Of a DNA stretch of 64,000 nt, positions 32,094 to 43,385 are shown piece by piece (the stretch's first letter is position 1; the number at the start of each line of letters is the position of its first letter). The stretch is from positions 29,146-93,145 of the forward strand of contig CAVUPH010000029.1 of NCBI GenBank assembly GCA_963743305.1, in the 5' to 3' direction. The translations under genes and the position numbers were made by a program. The notes under the pieces are model-generated. The model ran no database searches, was not told the DNA's origin, and worked only from the letters and a program-made list of their open reading frames with translations. The stretch is from an uncultured delta proteobacterium. GTDB taxonomy: Bacteria; Desulfobacterota; RBG-13-43-22.

Positions 32094-32933
32094 CTATTTT
32101 TTGTCTGTATACCAACTGGATACTTTGGGAATGTGCTTTTGGGCAACCGCCTGAACCTTCCCCAAGGTTTCCTGAACGAATTTCTGTTCGGCTTCGGATA
32201 GGGGCTCCCATTTGATGTATTCCGAGTTTTCCCACCAGTTATCTCTGGTTTTGAGACAGGGTTTGGTGCTTCCAGAGAAAGCCAGCCAGTTGGTAGGCGA
32301 TGATCTTAGCTGGCATTCTCTATGCTGTTCATAGGGGAAAGCGGGCATGTTTTGAGCACGGCTGTAGTAAATGTTCTCGCCCAAAGGCCCTATCGGGATG
32401 CCGACGATGGCACTGCAGCCGGGCAGGAAACCGGTCCCGGCAGCGGCCGCACCACAGGTGGCCATGGCCCGATTATCAATCCTGAGCTGGTGCAGGGCCG
32501 CACAGGCATAATCGCAGGCGGCGGCCCAATCCATGGTTTTCCAGACACAAGAGGGTCCCCCCCAAAGCAGCCCTGGTCCCTTATTCTCCTTGGAATATTT
32601 ATTGAAGGCGGCACAGCTCTCAAAGCCGCAGGCCCCGCAATCCCAACCGAGCTCCATAGAGGTCAAATCCGCACCCAAGAGAAGAATCGCGATGGTCTCC
32701 CCTTTTTCAAGGAAGTGTCTGATCGTTTCATAGTCAAAATACATTACCGGGGAGATGGGCGCTATTTCTTTGTAGAATTCTATAATAGGCGTTTGGTCCT
32801 CTCCGATGACGATCTCGGTTTTGAGCTCAAGTTTCCGGGTCAACTGGGGTGCTTTGTAGGCCGCGGCCGCAGCCAGTTTGGCCATCTGGATAATGGTATC
32901 CTGGGCCGCTTCTTTACCGTCCATCCTGGCCAT
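32094..32933 (-). CDS. DUF2148-like ferredoxin-domain protein
   Basis: AAYKAP, DCGACGFESC, GPSC, IDNR motifs. Confidence 0.75.
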   Translation of the reverse strand: MARMDGKEAAQDTIIQMAKLAAAAAYKAPQLTRKLELKTEIVIGEDQTPIIEFYKEIAPISPVMYFDYETIRHFLEKGETIAILLLGADLTSMELGWDCGACGFESCAAFNKYSKENKGPGLLWGGPSCVWKTMDWAAACDYACAALHQLRIDNRAMATCGAAAAGTGFLPGCSAIVGIPIGPLGENIYYSRAQNMPAFPYEQHRECQLRSSPTNWLAFSGSTKPCLKTRDNWWENSEYIKWEPLSEAEQKFVQETLGKVQAVAQKHIPKVSSWYTDKK

Positions 32934-32934
32934 C

Positions 32935-33720
32935 TTACTCCTCCTTCTTCTTGGGGTATTGGGTCCTATAATCAAAGTTGATTCCCGAGGCGGTCTGACG
33001 ACTGACCACATAATTCTTGCGTGTATTGTCGATCATTTTGTTCATATTCACGAGATGATAGTCGATGTTGATGTCCACGTAGGGGTTCTTGGAAAGAGTG
33101 GCCATCAGGATTCCAACCACAAGGGCCGACTTGGGACAGTAACCTATTTGCTGCCCGGACAGCCCGACGCTCATGAAGGGCTTCGCATCCACCATGAGGG
33201 TTTGGGCCATCCAGATGGCCGAGGCCCAGGCATAACCCAGATCATCAACCCTGGCTACGCATAAGGGCCCTTTGATGGGTGTACTGCTCCTCCGGTCGGT
33301 GATGTCAATCAGCCCGTCTTTCTGATCTCGGCGCGTATAGAGGAAACTACAGCCGGCGGGTCCCCCGCAGAGACCGCAATTGGCATCGAGGGGCGTCTCG
33401 TGAGCTCGGTAATTCCCCAGGAAGAGAATCACATCTGACTCTCTCACCATGACCGCCTCGTTTAGAAACCGTTTCTTCCAACGATCATTGGTGTAAGCCA
33501 GGTCCTCCATCTTTCTGGCCACCTTTTCCTGTTCCTCCTGCCCGTAGACCAGATGGGCCTCTATCTGAGGCACACCCCCGGCTACCGGCGCGGTCAGCGC
33601 GGCGTTGAGGCATAATCTGGCCGCCGAGATGGTCGCGTCTCTCCGCCTCAAGTCTTGCGCGGAGTACTGTGGCCAATCGGTGATGTACTCTTCACCCCTC
33701 AATTGATCGAACTTTTCCAT
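32935..33720 (-). CDS. DUF2148-like ferredoxin-domain protein
   Basis: AALTAP, NCGLCGGPAGC, GPLC, DLGYA..SA, SKNPY motifs. Confidence 0.78.
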   Translation of the reverse strand: MEKFDQLRGEEYITDWPQYSAQDLRRRDATISAARLCLNAALTAPVAGGVPQIEAHLVYGQEEQEKVARKMEDLAYTNDRWKKRFLNEAVMVRESDVILFLGNYRAHETPLDANCGLCGGPAGCSFLYTRRDQKDGLIDITDRRSSTPIKGPLCVARVDDLGYAWASAIWMAQTLMVDAKPFMSVGLSGQQIGYCPKSALVVGILMATLSKNPYVDINIDYHLVNMNKMIDNTRKNYVVSRQTASGINFDYRTQYPKKKEE

Positions 33721-33786
33721 ACGGTCCTCCTCAGATTTTATGAATGACTTTCTTCTTCCAGAAGGCTCAACATACGCCGGGCACTC

Positions 33787-34968
33787 CTATTTTTTCAAAA
33801 TATGGACGCACATGACCGCGTTATCACCCCCAATGATGCCTCCGCCATTATGAATCAAGCCCACTTGGGGCGATTTAACCTGCCTCTTCCCGGCCTCCCC
33901 GCGGAGTTGCCAGACTATCTCCGAGATCATACCCAGCCCCGTCGCTCCAACCGGATGCCCCTTGGATTCGAGACCACCGCTCGTGTTGATGGGGATTGAT
34001 CCGTCTATTTCGGTTTCTCCCTCTTCCAGGAACCGAGGCGCTTCTCCTCTTTTACAAAAACCAAGCTCCTCAAAAAACGTGAACTCTGCGGGGGAGAAGG
34101 CATTATGGACCTCGGCCACGTCGATATCCTCCGGTCCGATCCCCGACATCTCAAAGGCCTCCCGGGCAGCCAACTCGGTGGAATTATGCTTTTCCCGGTC
34201 TATTTCAATATCGAGAAATACCCCGGAGGCCATGCCGCTCCCGGCGATGAGGATAGGGTCCGACCGATACCTCCGGGCTATCGATTCGGCACAAAGAATA
34301 GCTGCCGCGCCTCCGTCACCAATGGGCGAACACATATAGAGGGTTATGGGGTCGGCAATCATCTTGGAATGGAGCACCTCCTCTACCGTGACTTCCCGTT
34401 GTATCTGGGCGTGGGGGTTGAGGCACCCGTTCTTGTGGTTTTTGACGCAGACTTTGGCGATCTGCTCTCTGGTGCAACCGGTTTCACGCATGTAGCGTTT
34501 AGCCTCCATGGCATAGAGGCCGGGGAAGAAGACCCCCAGGTTCCCTTCGATAGCCACATCCGTGCAACTGGCCAACGCCCGGGCGGTTTTGGCGGTATCG
34601 TCGACATAGAGTTTTTCAAATCCTACGGCCAGGGCGATATCGTACATGCCCGAGGCGATACCCAGCATGGCTTCCCGAAAGGCCGTGGAGGAGGAAGCGC
34701 AGGCATTCGGCGTATTGATGATCGGCCTGCCGACCAGCCCCGCATCCCGCATGACGACCTGTCCCCTGACATCCTCCTGACCTGAGAGCAAACCTTCAAC
34801 TGCATTTCCGCAGTAAATTACCTCGATATCCCTGGGGTTGACCTTAGCGTCTCGGATGGCCTTCCAGGTGGCCTCACGGGCCAGATCTTTGATGCTCCGG
34901 TCAGGGTGTTTACCGAACTTCGTCATCGCCACGCCAATGATGGCGACTCCCCGTGCCAATTTACCCAT
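33787..34968 (-). CDS. Thiolase family protein (SCP2/SCPx type)
   Basis: NACASSSTA, CSPIGDGGAA, EVHNAF, SGGLESKGHPVGATG. Confidence 0.9.
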   Translation of the reverse strand: MGKLARGVAIIGVAMTKFGKHPDRSIKDLAREATWKAIRDAKVNPRDIEVIYCGNAVEGLLSGQEDVRGQVVMRDAGLVGRPIINTPNACASSSTAFREAMLGIASGMYDIALAVGFEKLYVDDTAKTARALASCTDVAIEGNLGVFFPGLYAMEAKRYMRETGCTREQIAKVCVKNHKNGCLNPHAQIQREVTVEEVLHSKMIADPITLYMCSPIGDGGAAAILCAESIARRYRSDPILIAGSGMASGVFLDIEIDREKHNSTELAAREAFEMSGIGPEDIDVAEVHNAFSPAEFTFFEELGFCKRGEAPRFLEEGETEIDGSIPINTSGGLESKGHPVGATGLGMISEIVWQLRGEAGKRQVKSPQVGLIHNGGGIIGGDNAVMCVHILKK

Positions 34969-34987
34969 GGTGACTTGGTTACCTCAT

Positions 34988-35431
34988 TTACTCTTTTTTT
35001 TGATTAGGGTCGAGGGGTCTGAACGTATAGCCTATTAGGTCGTTCCCATCCTTATCCTCCCTAAGCGGCTCAAAAACGATCTCCATCTCCATGCCTATCT
35101 CCAGGGCCTCCTCTTTGGGTTCACAGCCGGTTATTACTGAGAAGATCCTCACCTTCTCGGGCAGGTCAATCTTTCCGGTGACGTAAGGAGCCTGAAATCC
35201 CTCCGGGGCCATCTGGTTGACCGAATAGCTATACAGCCTTCCTCCTTTGCTCAGAGGAATTTTCGCCATGGAATCGTCCTCCAGGCAGTGGGGACAGACC
35301 ACCCTTTGGGGAAACGTAATGGTGCCGCAGTGACCGCATTTTGCCCCCAAGAGATACCCCTCGTCTAAAGACCCCTCGGGCAAAACAAAAAGTCCTTCAG
35401 CGATTTTTTTAGGCTCTGGCTCTTTTTTCAT
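34988..35431 (-). CDS. DUF35 Zn-ribbon/OB-fold protein
   Basis: CGHCG..FP..CPHC, GRLYSYS, IGMEMEIVF; adjacent to thiolase. Confidence 0.88.
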   Translation of the reverse strand: MKKEPEPKKIAEGLFVLPEGSLDEGYLLGAKCGHCGTITFPQRVVCPHCLEDDSMAKIPLSKGGRLYSYSVNQMAPEGFQAPYVTGKIDLPEKVRIFSVITGCEPKEEALEIGMEMEIVFEPLREDKDGNDLIGYTFRPLDPNQKKE

Positions 35432-36788
35432 ATCGTTTTTCTAGAAGCGGCGTCTTCTTGGTGGCGCGTTCGAGGGTGTTGGGCTTCAGCCAGCTTATCG
35501 CCGGGCGGATTTTAAGAAGGTGGTGCATCTCTTGGAGAATCTCCCTTTCCAAAGCCGGCAGATCGGCCTCCTGAATATTCTCCCCATATTCCGCTTTGAT
35601 TTTCAAGGGGGGGACCACCCGGGGAGGAGGGTCATCCAGGAGAATTCTGAAATGTCCCGTAACCTTGGGAATAAAGGAATGGATCACGCCCTGAATACCG
35701 GCCGGATATACGGGAACACCTTTGACCTTGAGCATGTCATCCGCTCGGCCCACGACCTTGTAACGGAAACCGCTCTTCCCGCAGGGACAAGGTTCCGTAA
35801 AGACCTGATGGATGTCATTAAGGGTATAGCGCAGGCTCCAAAAGAAATGTCCGTGCTCAGGCTCCAACGGCGTAAAAACGGCGAGACCGGTCGCCCCATT
35901 TTCCATGGGCACCGGCTCCCGGGTCTCCGGATCCACCAGCTCATAGTAGCAGAAATCATCCGCCACCCAGTGCATCCCCTGATAGGTGGGGTAATCGCAG
36001 GAGCAGCCGTATCCGGCACCGATATCAAACAGCTTGGCCTGGTATTCCGATTCCAGACGCTGCTTCACTTCGGGGATACCGGCCCCCGGTTCCGCGCCAC
36101 AGAATAAAATCCGGAAACCGAGACTGGAGATCGGCTCCCCCAGCACTGCGGGAGCGCGTTCCTTCAGGTGCAGCGCCAGAGAGGGGGTACCCGTGAAAAC
36201 CGTCGGTTTAAAAACCTTAAAGAGGGTCAGGAGCCTTTCCGTACCTGCTTCGGCGCCCATGGGTATGATCGTCAGTCCGGGAACGGTGCGGTACCAGAAC
36301 AGTTGCGGTGTTCCGGCAGCGTGCATGCTCAGTCCGAAACAGACGGCCAGCCTGTCTCCCGGACGGATGCCGACACGCCAGGCCATGCGTCCAAAGATAT
36401 CAGCCACCCGGTCCAGTCCGCTTTTGAACAAAGGATAGGGGGTCGGGATACCCGTGGTGCCGGAGGTGGAGGTTAACAGGAAGAGATCGTTGAATCGCTC
36501 TTCTCCAAAGAGATCCTTATATACCTTCGGCAGATCCAGTCCTCCTCCATCCATGGCTTCGCGGTAGTCCGCTTGTCCGATGATCGGGATCGATTTAGCA
36601 AAATCCCCAAAGGTTTGAATGTCGTCAGGACGGACCTGGGCCTTATCCAGGCGTCTTCGTTCAAAGGGGACCTTTTCATAAAAATAGCGGACGGCCCGCT
36701 TCAGCCCTTCCAGTTGTCTGGCTCGCATTTCGGGCGTGTTCAGCAGCGGCTCAACGGATTCGTTGAAGTACATCTGTCCTTCCGGCAT
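35409..36788 (-). CDS. Phenylacetate-CoA ligase (PaaK)-family protein
   Basis: STSGTTGIP, GAEPG, CPCGKS, GRADDMLKVKGV.VYP. Confidence 0.87.
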   Translation of the reverse strand: MPEGQMYFNESVEPLLNTPEMRARQLEGLKRAVRYFYEKVPFERRRLDKAQVRPDDIQTFGDFAKSIPIIGQADYREAMDGGGLDLPKVYKDLFGEERFNDLFLLTSTSGTTGIPTPYPLFKSGLDRVADIFGRMAWRVGIRPGDRLAVCFGLSMHAAGTPQLFWYRTVPGLTIIPMGAEAGTERLLTLFKVFKPTVFTGTPSLALHLKERAPAVLGEPISSLGFRILFCGAEPGAGIPEVKQRLESEYQAKLFDIGAGYGCSCDYPTYQGMHWVADDFCYYELVDPETREPVPMENGATGLAVFTPLEPEHGHFFWSLRYTLNDIHQVFTEPCPCGKSGFRYKVVGRADDMLKVKGVPVYPAGIQGVIHSFIPKVTGHFRILLDDPPPRVVPPLKIKAEYGENIQEADLPALEREILQEMHHLLKIRPAISWLKPNTLERATKKTPLLEKRYEKRARA

Positions 36789-36855
36789 ATAGTCCTCCTC
36801 GCCCCGGATAATCGATAGCCAAGGTTCCCCACATTTTGTCGCTATCTTTCTATAG

Positions 36856-36870
36856 GCAATTTCAATGCCA
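36856..36870 (-). promoter_or_regulatory. sigma54 -24/-12 promoter
   Basis: Minus strand TGGCAT-TGAAA-TTGC about 70 nt upstream of the ligase; adjacent to an NtrC-family gene. Confidence 0.8.
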
Positions 36871-37043
36871 GGAGAATCAGGAATCGATTGAAAGGCGGAA
36901 CCCATAATTTCTCGGTGAATTTAATGGCTTTGATTATAGGAGCACGAGAGCGGGAGAGCGGGAAGTGGATTGCTTTTTGCGGATATGCGAAAGATGTTCG
37001 CACCTTGGCGAAAAATTGGGCGTGGCGGATTACCCTTCGAAGG

Positions 37044-38459
37044 TCATTTGCCTTTTATCCCCAGCTTTTTTAATTTTCGATACATGGTGGCCAGATGGAT
37101 CCCGCTGCGACTTGAAGCCAGGACCAAATCGCCTTCGGATTGGGCGATGAGTTTTTCAAAATATTTTCTTTCAAATTCCCTTTTGGCGATTTCAAAAACA
37201 TTTTCGAACAGCGTTCCTCTTTCAACGGAAGGATCCCCTTCCAAATACTTCTCCAAATCCTTTCGACTAACCGTCGTCTGGGAGTGAAGGGCGACAACCC
37301 TTTCTACGAAATTCTTAAGTTCCCTCGCATTCCCCGGCCATTCACGTTCTGTGATATACCGCAAGGCCTGATCTTCAAAGGATTTTCTTTTGATCCCGGA
37401 GGCCAGGCAATATTCCTCCAGAAAATGATTGACCAGCAAGGGGATGTCTTCTTTTCTTTCCCGGAGGGGAGGCAGGTTTATCTTAATGGTATTGATTCGA
37501 TAGTAGAGATCGCTTCGAAATCTCCCCCCGGCTACCTCCTTCCCCAGATCCTTGTTCGTCGCAAAAATCAAGCGTACTTGAATGGGAATCGGCTTGGTCC
37601 GGCCCACCCGAAATATGGTCTCCGCTTCCACCGCCCTTAATATTTTTACCTGTACCGAGGCCGGTGCTTCTCCAATCTCATCCAGGAATAAGGTGCCTCT
37701 ATGGGCCTCTTCAAAAAAACCGGGTGTCGTCTTGAGGGCTCCGGTAAAGGCCCCTTTCTCGTAGCCGAAAAGGACACTTTCGAGAAGCGTCTCCGGCAGA
37801 GCGGCGCAATTAACCGGAATGAAGGCCTGCTCCCTCTGACTGCTGAGATCGTGGATCGCCTTGGCGACGAGGTCTTTTCCGGTTCCGCTTTCTCCTTCAA
37901 TCAGTATATTGCTGGCAACCTTGGCCGTCTTCTCGATCATTTCATAGACTTCCATCATCTTCCGGGACTTCCCGATAATATTTTGAAAAACCGATTGCGA
38001 TTGAAGGCGGGTACGCAAAAGGATATTTTCTTTGGAGAGTTTTCCGAGCTCTAGGGCGTTTTTAATGGAGATCTTAATTTTATTGGTGTCTTCAAAGGGC
38101 TTAGTAAAAAAATCGTAGGCCCCCGTTTTCATGGCGCGAACTGCGTCCGAGATCGATCCGTAAGCCGTTATGATGATTACCGGAACAGTCATATCCTGCT
38201 CACGAATCCATTCCAGGACCTGCAATCCGTTACCATCGCGAAGTCGGACATCCAGGATGATAAGATCCGGGACCGTTTCGGCCTTTAAATAATCGTAGCT
38301 TTTCTTCGCCGACTCTAAAGCGACGCATTGATAGCCATCTTCTTTGAGGATCGTCTCAAAAAATTTTCGGGCGAAGGGCTCATCGTCCACGACCAGAACG
38401 GAGGGCCCTTTACTTGATCCTCCGGTCACCAGTGGGTCCCGGGTAGGCGGCTTCAACAT
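37044..38459 (-). CDS. NtrC-family sigma54-dependent response regulator
   Basis: Receiver domain, GESGTGKD, GAFTGA, LDEIGE, WPGNAREL, C-terminal HTH. Confidence 0.94.
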   Translation of the reverse strand: MLKPPTRDPLVTGGSSKGPSVLVVDDEPFARKFFETILKEDGYQCVALESAKKSYDYLKAETVPDLIILDVRLRDGNGLQVLEWIREQDMTVPVIIITAYGSISDAVRAMKTGAYDFFTKPFEDTNKIKISIKNALELGKLSKENILLRTRLQSQSVFQNIIGKSRKMMEVYEMIEKTAKVASNILIEGESGTGKDLVAKAIHDLSSQREQAFIPVNCAALPETLLESVLFGYEKGAFTGALKTTPGFFEEAHRGTLFLDEIGEAPASVQVKILRAVEAETIFRVGRTKPIPIQVRLIFATNKDLGKEVAGGRFRSDLYYRINTIKINLPPLRERKEDIPLLVNHFLEEYCLASGIKRKSFEDQALRYITEREWPGNARELKNFVERVVALHSQTTVSRKDLEKYLEGDPSVERGTLFENVFEIAKREFERKYFEKLIAQSEGDLVLASSRSGIHLATMYRKLKKLGIKGK

Positions 38460-39932
38460 TTCGATTCCTTGCGGTTATAGGGAAGGACGACCGTGAACCT
38501 ACTTCCTTTTCCATATTGGGTAGCCACATCGATCCGTCCATCGTGAGCTTTCATCACTTGAAATGCAAAACTTAGGCCCAACCCCTTCCCCGGTTTATTC
38601 TTGGTCGAACGGAACGGTTCAAAAATATGGGATAGGTTTTGCTCTGAGATACCCGTTCCGGTGTCTGAAAAGCGCACCCGAACCTCACGATCTTCGGGAT
38701 CCACCTCCGTACGAATATCCACAACGCCTCCATCCGGCATGGCTTCAATGGCATTGGTCAGGATGTTGCGAAAAACCTGAAGAAGCTGCAAGGAATCCCC
38801 TCTGACCTCCGGGAGCCCATCTTGGATTTTTTTCCTCATAACGATCTTCGTGGCCGCCTCCTTCTCATCCCGCCAGACGACCTCCAGCGCATTCTCCAGC
38901 GTTTCCTTCAGATTAACGTCATGAAAAGTGCTCTGGGGTTCACTGATGCTTTTGGTCATGGAAGCGATCATCTTCCGGCACTGCTGGGCCGCCTGAGAGA
39001 TGGTTTCAACCAGTTCACGGTTCGGATCCTCAGGGTCCATCCTTTCAAGAAGGAGCGAGGAAAAATTGGTAACCCCCACCAAGGGATTGTTTATCTGATG
39101 GGCAACACCGGCCATCAGTTCGGAGTAGAGGGCATGCCTCTCCGAAAGGACCAATTTGGCCTCCATCTCTTTTTCCTTGGTAAGATCGGAAAGGATGAAA
39201 AGCTTGGCCTGGACCTCTCCGTTCTTGTCCTTTATGTCTCTGAGTTTCATTTTTGACGGGAAAGTCTTCCCGTCCTCTTTCTGACACCGGAGTTCAACGC
39301 CCGTTTCTTCCAAGGCCAGCTCCATATAACGATCAAGCTCGTCCGCATCCGCAAAAAGAAAGGAGATGTGCCTACCGATAAAATTACCCTTCTTATACCC
39401 GAAGATATCCACGCCGGTCTTATTCGCCGATCTAATCCTATAATCCTGACCGGTGGTTATGACGATGTTGGGGGAAGAATCAATCAGGTTGGCCAGGAAA
39501 TTGCATGGACTCGGCAAGCCGCTCGGCAAGTTTCTCCAGACCTCTTTTGTCACGCTTCATGGTCTCCGAGACTTCGTGTAGAAGCACGAATCCATTATTG
39601 GAGCCCAGAGGAACGCCCCGGGCGATTGCGGTGATCCGTTGGTCGAAAAATTGTGGATAGACTTCATCGAGGATCATATCGTAGGGCTTTTTCTGCTTAA
39701 TGAGCTCCCAGTAGGCGTCATAGACGCCCTGATCGAAAAGCCGCTTCCAGGTCCCATGAAAAGAAGACCCAATGACCTGGTCCCGGTTCACTTGTGAAAT
39801 TCTCTCCTGCCAGCGATTCATCATCAGAATTCGTCCTTCCGAATCCAGAATGATGATCCCGATGGGGATGTTTTCAATGACATCCTCTAAATAGGCGGTC
39901 TTCTCTTTAAGTTGTTTAAGATTCATGTTCAT
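38453..39932 (-). CDS. PAS-PAS sensor histidine kinase, frameshifted near 39500
   Basis: Two PAS domains, AHQINNP H-box, NAIEAM, DTGTGI, GLGLS. Confidence 0.87.
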
Positions 39933-40263
39933 GGACTCTCATCGCGGCTTTCACTCGGGACACCTGTAAAAACAATTAGCGTATCGATGTCCTTGGGTCA
40001 AGGCAATAATCCCAAAAGGTGACAAGCTCGGATTGCTTCCTTGGCCCCGATGGCGATACCGCCAGGAGTTATGTAGGGTTTATCCATCTCCTTGCCGGTT
40101 TCCAATATTTCCCTGTGCAAAAACCACCTCAGCTTTTATTGAAAGGTCTTATTAGACGGGGAGCTTGTCGTCGGCCAGAGGGAAGGCCGGTAGCCAAGCG
40201 GAGAGGGAAGGAACGAGGGCGGGAGGCCGGCCGGGGCATCAATAGGCGACCCACTAAGCGGAT

Positions 40264-41414
40264 TCAGGGTCTGGAGGCCAGCGGTCTTTCCGAGTCGTCC
40301 GCTGGACCTCCGAGGTGCCTTCGACGATCTGAAGCAGCTTGGCGCCCTGGTAGTAGCGGGAAACCGGGTATTCCCGACATGTACCCGTACCCGCCGTGGA
40401 TCTGGAGGGCGTCGCTGGCCGCTTTCTCCGCCATTTCCGAGGCGAAGAGCTTGGCCGCGGTGGCCTCGAAGGTATGGGGCCGGTCGTGGTCTTTGAGCCA
40501 GGCGGCTTTCAGATACTGGTTGCGGCTGAGTTCGATGGCCACGGCCATATCGGCCAGCTTGAACTGAACGGCCTGGAACTCGAAAGATCGGTCGGCCGAA
40601 CTGAAGGCGCTCCCGGGAATAAGACAGGGCTTCGTCCAGGCAGGCCTGGGCCACGCCGACGGACACGGCGGCCATGGCGATGCGGCAGGTCTGGAGGGCG
40701 GCCAGATGCTGGGCAAAGCCTTTGTTCGGGTCGCCCAGCAGGTTGTCGGCCGAATACGACAATCTTCAAGAACGATCCATGGGTAGCCGAGGCCTGCCAG
40801 CCCATCTTCCGGTAGCGCTGCCCAGGGTAAACCCGGGCGCGTCCTTGGGGACGATGAAGGTGGAAATCACCTTCCGGTCTCCACTGCCCGAACCGCGTTT
40901 GCGCTGCCACCAGGGCAAAGGTCGAATGCTGCAGACCGATGTTGGTAATGAACTGCTTGCTGCCGTTGAGCACCCATTGGTTCCCATCCCGGACCGCCGT
41001 AGTTGCAGCGCTCCGGCATCCGAAGCCCGAGTCCGGCTCGGTCAAAGCGAAAGCCCCAATGATCCGACCCTGGGCTAACGGTGTCAGCCACTGTTTTTTT
41101 TGCTCTTCGGTGCCGAAACGAAATAATTCCTCCCCCACCACAGCCGTGGTCACCTCGAGCAGCACCGATCGTGACATCCCCTCGGAGATTTCCTCCAGGC
41201 AGAGATGGAACCCCACCGAGTCTCCGCCCGATCCACCCCAGACCTCCGGGAAGGGGACGCCCATCATACCCAGTTCGCCCATTTTATGGAGAATATCATA
41301 GGGGTAAGCTCCTGACTCGTCCATCTCCTCGGCCCGGGGCCGGATGACTTCATCGGCGAAATCCCGGGCCATGTCCCGGATCATTTTTTGTTCATCGGTC
41401 AAATCGAAGTTCAT
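40264..41414 (-). CDS. Acyl-CoA dehydrogenase with several frameshifts
   Basis: MNFDLTDEQKMIR, FALTEPDSG, LNGSKQFITN, FQAVQFKLADM, LQIHGGYGY, across frames. Confidence 0.88.
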
Positions 41415-41515
41415 TCAGTCACCTTTTTCGCGGTCTCGAACCCCGCAACCTGGGTCAAACCCCAAGGGCTTTTCTTGCTTAGGATGATTCACGGTTGCTG
41501 TTCTCACCTTTCTAC

Positions 41516-42342
41516 CTATTTCCAGGTAATTTTCGGCGCCCGGCGCTCGGGCAGGCGAAAATATTTCGCTTTCGGATAGCCCAACATCATCGGGTAGTGG
41601 TGGGTATGGCCATCCGGAAGCCCCATCTCTAATTTAAGCGGCGGTAAGGAGAGCATCGCTCCCTGAACCAACCCCGCCCAGCAGGTCCCCAAGCCCCTGG
41701 CCGTAGCCGCCAGTTCCAGGTAGGACAGGGCCAGGGTCACATCCACCAGACCGTTGAGATCGGATTTAGGGGCGGAGGCCACGATCAGGGCCGGGGCCTC
41801 CCGCAGCACCACATCGTAACCGGCGTCCCAGGCGGCAACGATCATGGGCGGATAAGCCGCCTGGGCGGGAAGAGGATTTAATTGGAGAACCGTCCGCATC
41901 CAATCCACCGTCCTTCCGGCCAAGGTTTTAATCTGCGCCCGGTCGGTAAACACCAGCCATTCCACTACCTGGGCATTGCTGGCGGTGGGGGCATACCGGG
42001 CCGTCTCGATCAATCCTTGAATGGTTTCTTTTTCCACCGGCCGGTCTTGGAAAAAGCGGATAGAGCGGCGGGAGCGAAGGAACTGGACGGCCTGGTCCTC
42101 ACTGATCGACAACGTTTTATCAATCGGCGGGCAAGCCTCTACCGGGACCTGGGCATGACTGAGGGCCCCGTGGGGGCAAACCGCCAGGCAATGTCCGCAT
42201 TGGATGCAGAACGGTTCGGTCCCCGGAATCAGATCCGGGATAGCCTTCCGGTCACCTGGAGACGGATAATGGTCATCGGGCATTCCTTGACGCACAATCC
42301 GTCCTTTTGACATTTGTCTTGGTCAACAATTAGAATTCCCAT
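41516..42342 (-). CDS. Nitroreductase family protein with N-terminal 4Fe-4S domain, frameshifted
   Basis: CQKDGLCVKECP, CIQCGHCLAVCP, RRSIR, APTASN, GLGTCWAG. Confidence 0.87.
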
Positions 42343-42461
42343 TTTTTTCTTTCTTTCATTTGGACCTTTCAAGAAGGATCGGGCGAAGCCAGCCCGCAGC
42401 CAAGAAAGATTAAATTTTGGTACCAACAGTAGAGACAGATCTGGACAACAATGAAAGCAAC

Positions 42462-43362
42462 TCAAGGGGCGTTTTCATCATGAAATCCATTCCCACCCGG
42501 GCAAAGGCTTCGCCCCGGTCTTCCTGGAGGAAGTGGCCGCCCCCTTGGACGATCGTATGAGGCTGCCCCTGGGCGCCGGGTACCTTTTTCTGAAAAATTT
42601 GCTCGCCGCCCCGGGTAATGGGATCTCCGTCGCTGAAGGCGGTCAGAAAGGGCTTTTCGAAACGGGAAAGGACTTCCCAGGCCTGGCGATTGCCCGGGGC
42701 CGCCGGATCGTCCGGGGTTATGGGGACCAGGGAAGGAAAAACCCGCGCACCTTCCTTGTAGGTTTCGTCCGGGAAGGGTGCAATAGGCCCTTAGTACTTC
42801 CTTCGGAAGGTCGGAGAGAGTGCCCATATTGACGATTGCGCCCACGTTGAACTCGCAACCTCGACGGAAAACGTGCGCCCTGGAGAAAAGCTTTACTGAT
42901 GGGGAATTCCCCGGTGGGCAGACCGGTATTGGCCACCACGGCCCGAGCGAATCGTTCCGGGCAGGCCGCCGGGACCGCAACCCGATCAGTCCTCCCCAAT
43001 CCTGACAGACCAGGGTGATGCGTTTCAGTCCATCTGTTCCAGCCCCGCCTTCATCCACTCCAGGTGACGTTCGTAGGTGTAATCGCTGCGGTCAGCCGGT
43101 TGTCCGAACGACCGAACCCGACCAAGTCCGGGGCTACAGCCCGGTATCCGGCCTCCAGAAACATGGGGATCATTTTCCGTAGAGGAATGACCAGGACGGC
43201 TCTCCATGCATCAGCAGGACCGGCTCAGGCATCCTCGCCCTTCATCCGGATAATGAATCCGCAGGCGGTCGTCCTTCCCGTCCGGAATGATCGGTAGTTG
43301 GGTTCGAACGGGAAATCCGGAAGTTCGGCAAATCGGTCATCGGGGGTGCGAAGCACTTTCAT
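42462..43362 (-). CDS. Haloalkane dehalogenase-like alpha/beta hydrolase with several frameshifts
   Basis: [50 protein letters not shown]. Confidence 0.8.
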
Positions 43363-43385
43363 TGGAAAATCCTATCCTTCCTATT

